Below are positions 48,309 to 57,332 of a stretch of DNA of 64,000 bases, in pieces. The notes beneath the pieces are model-generated. The model was not told the origin of the DNA. It ran no database searches and was given only the letters and a program-made list of their open reading frames with translations. The translations under genes were made by a program, and so were the position numbers. The stretch covers positions 12,958 to 76,957 of the forward strand of contig CAMDRF010000001.1 in the NCBI GenBank assembly GCA_945906765.1, in the 5' to 3' direction. The stretch's first letter is position 1, and each line of letters starts with the position of its first letter. Origin of the DNA: Nitrosovibrio sp. Nv4. Lineage in GTDB: Bacteria; Pseudomonadota; Gammaproteobacteria; Burkholderiales; SG8-39.

Positions 48309-49246
48309 TGAAACGTTTTTCCATCGGCGCGCTTGCCGTCCTGGCGTTGGCCGCGTCAATGCCATTGATTTTTCACAACGAGTATTTCTTCTTTGCCGCC
48401 TACGTGGTGCTGCAGTTCGTCGTGCTCGCCACTGCCTGGAACATCCTCGGCGGCTACGCCGGTTACGTGAACTTCGGCTCGGGCGCGTTCTTTGCGGTGG
48501 GCGCGTACACGGCGGTGGCGCTGTACAAGGCCTTCGCCCTGCCGTTGGGGCTGCAGATACTTGCCGGCGCCGCGGCGTCGGGGTTGCTGGGCTTCGGTGT
48601 CGGCATGCTGACGCTGCGCCTGCGCGGAATCTTCTTTTCCATCGCCACCATCGCGGTGGCGATCATTCTCGAGACCGTGGTGGTCAACTGGTCCTACGTC
48701 GGCGGCGCCAAGGGGCTGCCGATCATGCGCCCGACGGAAACGCCGTTCTTCGCCAACCATACCGTCTGGCTGTTCTTCGTCATGACGCTGATCGCGGTGG
48801 TGGCTGTAGGCGCCGCACGGTTCGTGGAGACCTCCTGGATCGGCCGGGGATTGCGCGCGATCCGCGACAACGAAGTTGCCGCCGAGTGCTCGGGCGTGCC
48901 GACGCTGAAGCTCAAACTTGCCGCCGCCACGCTGTCGGGAGCGCTGATGGGCGCGGCCGGCGCGCCGTATGCCCAATACCTGTCCTTCGTCGAGCCCACC
49001 TCCACCTTCAGCCTAAACTACGCGATCAACGCGCTGGCGATGCCGATCATCGGTGGCATGGGGCACTGGATCGGGCCGTTGATCGGCGCGCTGCTGCTCG
49101 GCTCGGTGCAGCAGATCGTCACCGTCACCATTTCCTCGGAAATCAATGTGCTGGTGGTCGGCGTCATGCTGGTTGTCTTTGTGGTGGCCGCGCCGGAGGG
49201 CATCCTCGGCCTGTTCAGGAAGTTCTTTCCCCGCAGAAAATCATGA
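48308..49246 (+). CDS. branched-chain amino acid-type ABC permease (LivM-like)
   Basis: MKRFSIGALAVLALAAS..., multi-TM. The ATG overlaps the upstream TGA. Confidence 0.85.
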   Translation: MKRFSIGALAVLALAASMPLIFHNEYFFFAAYVVLQFVVLATAWNILGGYAGYVNFGSGAFFAVGAYTAVALYKAFALPLGLQILAGAAASGLLGFGVGMLTLRLRGIFFSIATIAVAIILETVVVNWSYVGGAKGLPIMRPTETPFFANHTVWLFFVMTLIAVVAVGAARFVETSWIGRGLRAIRDNEVAAECSGVPTLKLKLAAATLSGALMGAAGAPYAQYLSFVEPTSTFSLNYAINALAMPIIGGMGHWIGPLIGALLLGSVQQIVTVTISSEINVLVVGVMLVVFVVAAPEGILGLFRKFFPRRKS

Positions 49247-49968
49247 CCGCCCTTCTTCAGGTCAGGGAGGTGTCGAAGAGCTTCGGGGGCTTTACCGCGC
49301 TTGACCGGGTAAGCATCGAGATCGCGAAAGGCGAGCGTTTCGGCCTGATCGGTCCGAACGGCTCGGGCAAGACAACGTTGATCAACTGCATTTCCGGCGT
49401 GCTCGCGAACGACGGCGGCGGGATCGTGTTCAATGGCGAGGAGATATCGCGCCTGCCCGCCTACCAGCGCACGCGGCGCGGCATCGCGCGCAGTTTTCAG
49501 ATTCCGCGGCCGTTTTCCAGTATGTCGGTGCTGGAGAACCTGGTGGTGCCGCTCGAGTACGTGGCGCACCGGGACTCGCTTCTCAAGGCCGACATGCAGG
49601 GCGAGGCGATGGAACTGCTGCGCGGCATCGGATTGGCCGACAAGGCGGATACGCCGTCCAATCGCCTGTCGCAGGTGGAGCTGCGCAAGATGGAGCTCGC
49701 GCGCGCGATGGCCGCGCGGCCGCAGCTGCTGATCTCGGACGAGGCGATGGCGGGGCTTTCGTCGAACGAAGTCAGCGAAGTGCTGGAGATCCTCTTCAAG
49801 TTGAATGCCACCGGCATCACCATCATCATGATCGAACACATCATGCAGGCGGTGATGAAGTTCTCGCAGCGCGTGATCTGCCTGGACGCGGGCCACATCA
49901 TCTGCGAGGGCACGCCGCAAGTCATCGTCGCCAACCCCGACGTGCAGAGGGCCTACCTTGGCGCCTGA
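49243..49968 (+). CDS. ABC transporter ATP-binding protein (LivG-like)
   Basis: Walker A GPNGSGKTT and Walker B LLISDEA. It occupies the last 241 codons of a 556-aa track ORF. Confidence 0.88.
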   Translation: MTALLQVREVSKSFGGFTALDRVSIEIAKGERFGLIGPNGSGKTTLINCISGVLANDGGGIVFNGEEISRLPAYQRTRRGIARSFQIPRPFSSMSVLENLVVPLEYVAHRDSLLKADMQGEAMELLRGIGLADKADTPSNRLSQVELRKMELARAMAARPQLLISDEAMAGLSSNEVSEVLEILFKLNATGITIIMIEHIMQAVMKFSQRVICLDAGHIICEGTPQVIVANPDVQRAYLGA

Positions 49969-50710
49969 TTCCAACCGGCTTGAACTGACGATCAGCGGCA
50001 TCGCCGCCGCCTACGGCGCCGTGCGGGCGCTGCAGGGCGTTTCGATCTCGGTGAAGGACGGCGAGACGGTGGCGCTGCTCGGCACCAACGGCAACGGGAA
50101 AAGTACCCTGATGAAGTGCGTAATGGGGATTGTTCGTCCCTCAAAAGGGAAAATAGAACTGAAAATTGAAAATCAAACCTACGATCTCACGCGCCTCTCC
50201 ACCGAGGAGATCGTCGGCCTGGGCGTCGCTCTGGTGCCCGAGGGCCGGCGCCTGTTCCCGAAGCTCACCGTGGAGGAGAACCTGCTGCTCGGCGCGTTTC
50301 GCCCGCAGGCCCGCCCGGACATCGCGAAGAACCTCGCGTTCTGCTACGAAACCTTCGATGTCCTGAAAGAACGCAAACGCCAGCTCGCCGGCTCGATGTC
50401 GGGCGGCCAGCAGCAGATGCTGGCGATCGCCCGCGCGCTCATGTCTTCGCCCAAACTGCTGCTGGTGGACGAACCCTCGGTGGGCCTGTCGCCGCTGCTG
50501 GTATCGGCCACGGTGACCATGATCAAGCAGCTGAAGGAGCGCCACGGCTTGACGGTGCTGATGGCGGAACAGAATTTCCACCAGGCGATCCGCATCGCCG
50601 ACCGCGGCTACATCATCGTGCACGGCGAGATCGTGTTCGAGGGCAAGACGGTCGCCGAGCTGGAGACCAACCCCCTGGTGAAGAACTACTACCTCGGCAC
50701 GGCCGGCTGA
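49958..50710 (+). CDS. ABC transporter ATP-binding protein (LivF-like)
   Basis: Walker A GTNGNGKST, signature MSGGQQQM and Walker B LLLVDEP. TTG start. Confidence 0.85.
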   Translation: MAPDSNRLELTISGIAAAYGAVRALQGVSISVKDGETVALLGTNGNGKSTLMKCVMGIVRPSKGKIELKIENQTYDLTRLSTEEIVGLGVALVPEGRRLFPKLTVEENLLLGAFRPQARPDIAKNLAFCYETFDVLKERKRQLAGSMSGGQQQMLAIARALMSSPKLLLVDEPSVGLSPLLVSATVTMIKQLKERHGLTVLMAEQNFHQAIRIADRGYIIVHGEIVFEGKTVAELETNPLVKNYYLGTAG

Positions 50711-50828
50711 GACAGGAGCCCGAGAGCGCTAACACCAGGGCGGCGAAGACCAGCGCGCCCGTGCTGCAGACCGCATTGGCGAGCGTGAACCAGTCCGCGA
50801 GGTGGAACTCGCGTCACTTAGCGAAAGG

Positions 50829-52217
50829 CTAACTCAGCTTGCCGAGGACCGGCGGCTGCCCGATGCGGCGCCAGAGGTATTTGCCGTGACCGCCGGGACC
50901 GGTGATCCTGCCCTGGTCCACGACGGTGACGCCGCGCACGATGGTCTTCACCGGCCAGCCTTTGAGCATCTGGTTTTCGTAGAGGCTGTAGTCGGCGTAG
51001 GAGCCGAGTTCGGCGGGGACGACCTTGCGTTCCTTCTCCAGGTCGACGAGGGTGAAGTCGGCGTCCGAGCCGGGCGCGATGCGGCCTTTCACCGGCGCGA
51101 GATCGAAGATGCGCGCCGGCGCCGTGGCGAGCACCTCGCAGATGCGCGCGAGCGACAGGCCGCGCTTGTGGTAGCCCTCGGAGAGCAGCACCGGGAGCAT
51201 GGTCGCGGTGCCGGGGAAACCCTGCGAGGCGAGCCACAGCGGCTTTTCCTTGGTGGCTTTTTTCCGCGGCACGTGGTCTGAGGCGACCACGTCCACGGTA
51301 CCGTCGGCGATCGCCTCCCAGAGCGCTTCGAGGTCGTCCCTGGTGCGAAAGGGCGGGTTGGCCTTGCCCAGGCCGCCCAGTTCCGAGTCTTCCGTATGCG
51401 TGAGGTAGTGCGGACAGGTTTCAATGGTCACGTCGGCGTAGCGCTTGCGCCAGCGGCGCACTTCGTCCAGCGCCAGGCGCGAGGATATGTGCGGAAAGTA
51501 GACTTTCGCGCCCAGCCGCTCGGCGAAATACATGGCGCGGATGCAGGGTTCGGACTCGGTGATCGCAGGCTTGGAAGCCGACCAGTCCTTCAGCGTGCCG
51601 CCGCCCGCGGCCTGGATGGCGCGGCGCGAGCGATTGACGATCTCGATGTTTTCGGTGTGGCAGACGATGGTCGGCCTGCCGGCGCGCGCGGATTCGGCGA
51701 GCAGCGCGTGGAAGTAGCCATCGTCGGTGCCATCGAGCCCGAGGTAGCGGCCTTCCTCGCCCTTGAAATTCATGAAGTACTTGAACGAGGTGACGCCGTA
51801 GTCCGAGACGTACATGCCCAGTTCCGTGATGTGCAGCTCGTTGGCGGCGCTGAAATGAAAGCCGTAGTCCACGTGGCAGCGCGTGCGCGCGTACTCCTGC
51901 TCGCGCTTGTAGACGTCGGCGTAGGCCTCGTTGTTGAGGAAGTAGCCGAGGATGGTGCTGAACCCGCCCTGCGCTGCGTAGACTGTCTCGGTGCTGTACT
52001 CGGTGATTTTCTCGCCGAAGCCGAAGTGTACGTGCGCGTCGATCAATCCCGGGAACACATGCAGGCCGGCGGCGGATTGCTCCGGCATTCCGGGCGGCAC
52101 CGCCGCGCCGGGGGGGAGCAGGGCCTTGACCTTGCCGCCCTCGACCAGCACGTCGTGCTTCGCCGGCTTGCGGTCCGGGAACACCACTTCGCCGCCGCGC
52201 AGTACGAAATCGCTCAT
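50829..52217 (-). CDS. cyclic amidohydrolase (dihydropyrimidinase/hydantoinase/dihydroorotase-like)
   Basis: MSDFVLRGGEVVFPD..., metal-ligand motif GLIDAHVHF and later SDHVP. 462 aa. Confidence 0.8.
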   Translation of the reverse strand: MSDFVLRGGEVVFPDRKPAKHDVLVEGGKVKALLPPGAAVPPGMPEQSAAGLHVFPGLIDAHVHFGFGEKITEYSTETVYAAQGGFSTILGYFLNNEAYADVYKREQEYARTRCHVDYGFHFSAANELHITELGMYVSDYGVTSFKYFMNFKGEEGRYLGLDGTDDGYFHALLAESARAGRPTIVCHTENIEIVNRSRRAIQAAGGGTLKDWSASKPAITESEPCIRAMYFAERLGAKVYFPHISSRLALDEVRRWRKRYADVTIETCPHYLTHTEDSELGGLGKANPPFRTRDDLEALWEAIADGTVDVVASDHVPRKKATKEKPLWLASQGFPGTATMLPVLLSEGYHKRGLSLARICEVLATAPARIFDLAPVKGRIAPGSDADFTLVDLEKERKVVPAELGSYADYSLYENQMLKGWPVKTIVRGVTVVDQGRITGPGGHGKYLWRRIGQPPVLGKLS

Positions 52218-53230
52218 TGTTGTGCCTGCCTCTCCTGGAGTTCCTTCATGGAATAGCTGGCTTGCGTGCCGGCCGGCGTGTTGAGCGCGGGCAGCGTCGC
52301 CGCGATGTCTTTCTCCGCGATGTCGCGCGCGATGCAGACGAGGCGATTGCCGCGCTCTTCGCCTGGCACGATGTCGGACCATGCGCGAAAGCGCCGCGGC
52401 GAATGGAAGACGCCTTGCACGCCCTGCACGAAAGCGATTTCCCCCGTGTCTTCCATCTGCAGCAGCCCTTTCACGCGGATCAGCCGCGCGCCGAACTCCG
52501 CCGCCACCAGCCGCGACCAGGCGGACCAGCCAGCCCAGGTGACGGGGGAGGGCGGGCGGAAGGAGAACGCGCGGATGCCGGAGAAGTGTTCCTTGCTGCG
52601 TATGGGGCCAAGCGAAGAAAGTGGGGTAAGGGGTTTTTTGAAAATAGTTTTATTTGTAAACGCGTCTTGAACGGAATCCACAATTTCAAGATTCAAGGCT
52701 TTCAAATACGAAATGACGGGATCCGCATCCGCCAGGTCGCGCTTGCTGATGACGATGCGATCGGCGACGGCCGCCTGCTTGTCGAGTTCCGGGTACTCTT
52801 TCCGCGAAGCGAGGAAGTGCTGCGCATCCACCACGCACACGGTTGCCGCGAAGGCATACGAACCGGTCACCAGCGGATGGCCGAGCAGCACGTTCAGCAG
52901 CGGCGCGGGGTCGGCGGCGCCGCTGGTCTCGATGATCACGCGCTCGAAAGCCGGGATTTCTCCGCGCGCGCGCCGGCCGCCGAGGTCCGCCAGGGTTTCG
53001 TGCAGCGCACCGGTGTTGGCGCAGCACAGGCACCCCGCATCCAGCAGCACGACGTTGTCGGTGGCCTGCGCGATGATCAGGTTGTCGAGGCCGATGTCGC
53101 CCAGCTCGTTGACCACGACCGCCGTGTTCTCCATGCCGGGTGAGCGCAGCGCGGCATTGAGCAGGGTCGTCTTGCCGCTGCCCAGAAAGCCGGTCAGCAG
53201 GTAGACCGGGATTTTATTTTCAGGAATCAC
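52214..53230 (-). CDS. COG0523 (CobW/YjiA/ZigA-type) metallochaperone GTPase
   Basis: P-loop GFLGSGKTT and metal-binding CXCC motif (GCLCC). The GTG start overlaps the lysR stop (GTGA), and its stop overlaps the amidohydrolase ATG. Confidence 0.8.
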   Translation of the reverse strand: MIPENKIPVYLLTGFLGSGKTTLLNAALRSPGMENTAVVVNELGDIGLDNLIIAQATDNVVLLDAGCLCCANTGALHETLADLGGRRARGEIPAFERVIIETSGAADPAPLLNVLLGHPLVTGSYAFAATVCVVDAQHFLASRKEYPELDKQAAVADRIVISKRDLADADPVISYLKALNLEIVDSVQDAFTNKTIFKKPLTPLSSLGPIRSKEHFSGIRAFSFRPPSPVTWAGWSAWSRLVAAEFGARLIRVKGLLQMEDTGEIAFVQGVQGVFHSPRRFRAWSDIVPGEERGNRLVCIARDIAEKDIAATLPALNTPAGTQASYSMKELQERQAQQ

Positions 53231-54156
53231 TTTGAGGATTTTTTCCGCTCCGGCCGGTCGCCGAACAATTCCAGCATGGCACTGCGCAGCCACTGGTTGG
53301 CGGGATCGTTCTCCACGCGCTCGTGCCAGCACAGCGAGACGTCGAAGCTCGGGATCGGGATCGGCAGCGGGTGCACCTTGACCTTCACCAGCCGCGCCGA
53401 GGCGCCCGCCACGCGGCTGGGCAGGCTGACCACCAGGTCGGTGCCGGCGACGATGACCGGCACCACCACGAAGTGCGGCACGCGCAGCGCCACGTTCTCG
53501 TGCACGCCGCGCTCGGCGAGCGTGCGCTCGAGCAGCTGGTGGCCCGAGCCCATCGAGGCGATGAGCACGTGCCGCGCGCCGAGGAATTCCTTGAGCGTGA
53601 GCGCAGCGCTGCGCCCGAGCGGATGGTCGGGGCGCGTCATGCAGACATAGTGCTCTTCGAACAAGCGCGCGCGGCGGATTTTGTCGGGCAGCTGGGGCAG
53701 GTAGCCGATGGCGAGGTCGATGTCGCCGGTTTCCAGGCGCACCGCGAGCTCGGCGGCCGGCAGTTGCGCGGTTTCCAGCCGCATCGCGGGGGCGTGGGCG
53801 TGCAGGTGGCGCATCAGCGCGGGCAGCAGCACCATTTCGCCGACATCGGTCATGTAGACGCGCAGGCCGCGCGTGGAGTTGCGCGGATCGAAGGATTCGC
53901 GGCTGCCCATCGCGCCGCGCACCATCGCCAGCGCCTCGGTGAGCGGCGGCGCGAGCTCAAGCGCGCGCGGCGTCGGCAGCATGCCCGAGCGGGTGTTGAC
54001 GAACAGCGGGTCGCCGAACTGCTTGCGCAGCCGCCCGAGCGCGCTGCTCATCGCCGACTGGGTGAGGCCGATCTGCGCCGCGGCGCGCGTCACGCTGCCG
54101 TGGCGGAACATGGCTTCGAACACCAGCAGCAGGTTGAGGTCCGGCGTTTCGCTCAC
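53227..54156 (-). CDS. LysR family transcriptional regulator
   Basis: N-terminal wHTH LNLLLVFEAMFRHGSVTRAAAQIGLTQSAMSSALGRLR plus a substrate-binding domain. Confidence 0.92.
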   Translation of the reverse strand: MSETPDLNLLLVFEAMFRHGSVTRAAAQIGLTQSAMSSALGRLRKQFGDPLFVNTRSGMLPTPRALELAPPLTEALAMVRGAMGSRESFDPRNSTRGLRVYMTDVGEMVLLPALMRHLHAHAPAMRLETAQLPAAELAVRLETGDIDLAIGYLPQLPDKIRRARLFEEHYVCMTRPDHPLGRSAALTLKEFLGARHVLIASMGSGHQLLERTLAERGVHENVALRVPHFVVVPVIVAGTDLVVSLPSRVAGASARLVKVKVHPLPIPIPSFDVSLCWHERVENDPANQWLRSAMLELFGDRPERKKSSK

Positions 54157-54180
54157 TCGGAAAAAGCTGTATCTAAGTAA

Positions 54181-54201
54181 TTAATAAATAAAATAGATTA
54201 A
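54181..54201. promoter_or_regulatory. LysR-type T-N11-A site
   Basis: TTAAT-N11-ATTAA is a perfect inverted repeat in the AT-rich 110-bp divergent intergenic region. Confidence 0.5.
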
Positions 54202-54266
54202 ATTGATTTGACTAATATTATAGGCCTGCCTAAACTTTCCAGCTCAATTCCTCAGGCATTCCCGCC

Positions 54267-54965
54267 ATGAAAAAACCCTGGGACGGCATCATCAGCGAGG
54301 AGGAGCAGAAGGCCTACGACGCGGCCGGCTTCGGCAGGCCCTCCGGCATCGGCAAGCGCCCGGCGCTGCTCATCATCGACGTGCAGTTCCGCACCATCGG
54401 CACGGCGCCCAAGCCGTTCTGGGAATCCATCAAGGAATTCTCCACTTCCTGCGGCGACATCGGCTGGAATGCGATGCGCAACATCGCGCTGCTGCTGGCG
54501 GAGTTCCGCCGCAACGGCTGGCCGGTGCTGTACCCGCACGTCGCGCCCAAGAACAAGTCCACCGACGGCGGGCGCCTCGCGCAGAAGGTGCCCTCGATCA
54601 TGAACATCCCCGAGAAGGGCTACGAATTCCCGGCCGAGATCGCGCCGCGCGAGGGCGACGTGCTGATTCCGAAGAAGCATCCCAGCGCCTTCTTCGCCAC
54701 GCCGCTCGCCAGCCACCTCATCGACCTGCAGGTCGATACCCTGGTGGTCACCGGCTGCACCACCAGCGGCTGCGTGCGCGGCAGCGTGGTGGACGCCTTC
54801 GCGTACAACTTCCGCGCGCTGGTGCCGCATGACGCGGTGTACGACCGCAGCGCGACCTCGCATGCGGTGAACCTCTTCGACATGGCCTCGAAATACGCGG
54901 ACGTGGCCAGTACTGCGGAGATTCTCGATACCCTTCGTTCATTGCGAAAGGCCGTTGCAGCATGA
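54267..54965 (+). CDS. isochorismatase-family cysteine hydrolase (amidase-type)
   Basis: ALLIIDVQ... and the catalytic Cys context VVTGCTTSGCV. Confidence 0.85.
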   Translation: MKKPWDGIISEEEQKAYDAAGFGRPSGIGKRPALLIIDVQFRTIGTAPKPFWESIKEFSTSCGDIGWNAMRNIALLLAEFRRNGWPVLYPHVAPKNKSTDGGRLAQKVPSIMNIPEKGYEFPAEIAPREGDVLIPKKHPSAFFATPLASHLIDLQVDTLVVTGCTTSGCVRGSVVDAFAYNFRALVPHDAVYDRSATSHAVNLFDMASKYADVASTAEILDTLRSLRKAVAA

Positions 54966-55921
54966 AAATCCTGATTGGGTTTGCAATTGCATTTTTTGCC
55001 GGCCTGGTCCATGCCCAAGCGTTTCCGAACAAACCCCTCAAATTCATCGTGCCCTACCCGCCGGGCGGCGGCACCGACATCCTCGGCCGCGCGCTGGGGC
55101 AGGTCATCGGCGAATCGGTCGGGCAAACCGTGATCGTTGAAAACCGCCCGGGAGCGAACGGCGCGGTGGGCTCCGACATCGTCGCGAAGTCGCCGCCGGA
55201 CGGCTACACGGTCGGTTTCGCGGGCTCGAGCACGCACGTGCTCAATCCGCTGCTCTACAAGCTGAATTACGACCCGGTGAAGGACTTCACGCCGATCTCC
55301 ACCGTCGCCACGACTTCTTTCGTGGTGGTCGTGAACCCGACCCAGGCGTCGTTCAATTTCAACACCCTCGCCGAGCTGATCGCCTACGCGAAGGCCAATC
55401 CGGGAAAGCTCAGCTATGCCTCGTTCGGCAACGCGAGCGCCGGCCACCTCGCCGGAGAGATGTTCAAGTACCAGGCGCGTGTCGACATGGTGCACGTCCC
55501 CTACAAGGGCTCGGCGCCGGGACAGGCCGACGTGATCGCGGGACAGATCCCCCTCATGTTCAGCGACATGTCCGGCATGCCGCACGTCAAGTCCGGGCGC
55601 CTTCGCGCGCTCGCCGTCACCGGCGGCAAGCGCCTCTCGTTCTATCCCGATATTCCGACCATCGCCGAGGCCGGCGTGCCGGGCTACGACGTGCAGGGCT
55701 GGTTCGCGGTGTACGGGCCCGCGGGTCTGCCCCGCCCGGTGCTCGATCGCCTGAACGCCGAGTTCGTGAAGGCGCTGAACAACCCGGCTATCCGCGAGCG
55801 CCTGACGGGCCTCGGCCTGGAACCGTCGACGACCACGCCGGAGGGCCTGGCGGCGCTGATGCGCGCCGACCGCGAGAAGTGGATAAAGCTGATCGCCGAA
55901 GCGAAGATCAAGGCCGAATGA
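54962..55921 (+). CDS. Bug family tripartite tricarboxylate transporter substrate-binding protein
   Basis: Signal peptide, then FPNKPLKFIVPYPPGGGTD and HVPYKGSAPG. Confidence 0.88.
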   Translation: MKILIGFAIAFFAGLVHAQAFPNKPLKFIVPYPPGGGTDILGRALGQVIGESVGQTVIVENRPGANGAVGSDIVAKSPPDGYTVGFAGSSTHVLNPLLYKLNYDPVKDFTPISTVATTSFVVVVNPTQASFNFNTLAELIAYAKANPGKLSYASFGNASAGHLAGEMFKYQARVDMVHVPYKGSAPGQADVIAGQIPLMFSDMSGMPHVKSGRLRALAVTGGKRLSFYPDIPTIAEAGVPGYDVQGWFAVYGPAGLPRPVLDRLNAEFVKALNNPAIRERLTGLGLEPSTTTPEGLAALMRADREKWIKLIAEAKIKAE

Positions 55922-56250
55922 CCCGCGGCGACAACCCCGGCGAAAAAGCCGACCTGGTCGCGGAGCTCGGCAAGCTCGGCGCGCGCGACCCGGAGTCCGC
56001 GCGCCTCATGGGCATGATCGTGGCGCTGGCAGGCGAGGTGTTCGTGCTCAAAGCGCAGGTCGAGCGCCTGACGCGCGCGCTGGAATCCGGCGGCGCGGTG
56101 GACGCGAAGCGCCTCGCGGCCGCCGCCGCGGACGAAGGCATGGTGAAATGGCTCGCCGAAGAGGAGGCCGCGTTCTCGCGCAGCCTCACCGCGCCGTACC
56201 TGGAGCCGGACCTGTCGGTGAATGCGACGCGCTGGATGCGCGAGAAATAG
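55918..56250 (+). CDS. hypothetical small protein (110 aa, helical)
   Basis: MTRGDNPGEKADLVAELGKLG... is translationally coupled on the upstream side (ATGA). I recognise no family. Confidence 0.5.
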   Translation: MTRGDNPGEKADLVAELGKLGARDPESARLMGMIVALAGEVFVLKAQVERLTRALESGGAVDAKRLAAAAADEGMVKWLAEEEAAFSRSLTAPYLEPDLSVNATRWMREK

Positions 56251-56261
56251 AGGAGCGGCCC

Positions 56262-57332
56262 ATGGCGAACGAAGCACCGCTTTCCTTCGAGGCAACCGCG
56301 TTCCAGTGCTTCGTGCGCGGCCTGCGCGGCGTCTGGCGCGACGAGGCCTACCGCGGCGCCGTCGAAGCGGCGAAGCGCGCCGGCAGCGACGACCTGCCGG
56401 AGATCGAGCGCCGCGCGCGGGAAAGTTCGGCGTACCGGCTCTATTCCTGGCTGGAGCGCCATTCGCAGCAGTTCAAGTACTACGGCCGCTACGGCGTGGT
56501 GCGCTGGATGGAACAGCGCAAGGGCGCGCTCGAAAAGGTCCTGCAGGACGCGGCGAAGCGGCATCCGGAACGGCTGGTCCTCGACCCGGCGCTCGCGCTT
56601 CCGGATTACGTAGAGCAGGTGGACACGCACCAGCACGGCGGCGGCATCTGGAGCGACGCCTGCGACGCTTTCGCCTACGAGACGTCCTCCAGCGCCTATT
56701 CGTTCTCCCTCTTCAATCCGCGCTCGCCGATGGACGTCTACGCCGCCGCGGCGCGCGCGATTGCGCCGCAGGCGAAAGCCATTCTCGACCTGGGCTGCAC
56801 TTCCGGCGGCTCGACGCGCGCGCTCAAGCGCGCGTTCCCGGACGCTAAAGTCACCGGCATCGACGTCGCGGCGCCGACGATGATGCTCGCGCACCTGCGC
56901 ACGCTGGAGGAAGGGCTGGAAATCCATTGGCGGCAAGCGAACGCCGAAAATCTGCCGAACGAACACGGCAGCGCGGACCTGGTCGCCTCGCACTGGCTGT
57001 ACCACGAGATGCCGCCGGCGGCGGTGCGCCGGTCCTTGCGCGAAGCGCGGCGCGTGCTGAAGAAGGGCGGCGGCTTCCTGGCCTACGACATGTACCTGGT
57101 GCCGGGCGGCGCCATCGGCCGCTGGCTGCAGGCCGGCTACGCGGCACGCAACAACGAGCCTTTCGCGCATACCTACGCGGGGATGGACATGAAAGCGGAG
57201 CTCGAAGCGGCGGGCTTCACGGGCATCGAGATGCGCGTCGCCCATCCCGAACCGGACGACGCGGTGAAGGCGGGCGCGCTGCCGGAATTCCGGACGCACT
57301 ACATGACGATGATCACCGCCCGCGCTGCATGA
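56262..57332 (+). CDS. class I SAM-dependent methyltransferase with an N-terminal extension of about 170 aa and unknown function
   Basis: Motif I ILDLGCTSGG and the later LVASHWLYHEM. GAGGAG lies upstream of ATG 56262. Confidence 0.7.
   Translation: MANEAPLSFEATAFQCFVRGLRGVWRDEAYRGAVEAAKRAGSDDLPEIERRARESSAYRLYSWLERHSQQFKYYGRYGVVRWMEQRKGALEKVLQDAAKRHPERLVLDPALALPDYVEQVDTHQHGGGIWSDACDAFAYETSSSAYSFSLFNPRSPMDVYAAAARAIAPQAKAILDLGCTSGGSTRALKRAFPDAKVTGIDVAAPTMMLAHLRTLEEGLEIHWRQANAENLPNEHGSADLVASHWLYHEMPPAAVRRSLREARRVLKKGGGFLAYDMYLVPGGAIGRWLQAGYAARNNEPFAHTYAGMDMKAELEAAGFTGIEMRVAHPEPDDAVKAGALPEFRTHYMTMITARAA

Noticed and set aside
48298-49242. N-terminal 315 codons of the 556-aa ORF 48298-49968
   Set aside because: This is an alternative frame over the LivM-like permease, Arg/Gly-rich with no family pattern. 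The real gene is the LivG-like ATPase starting at 49243.
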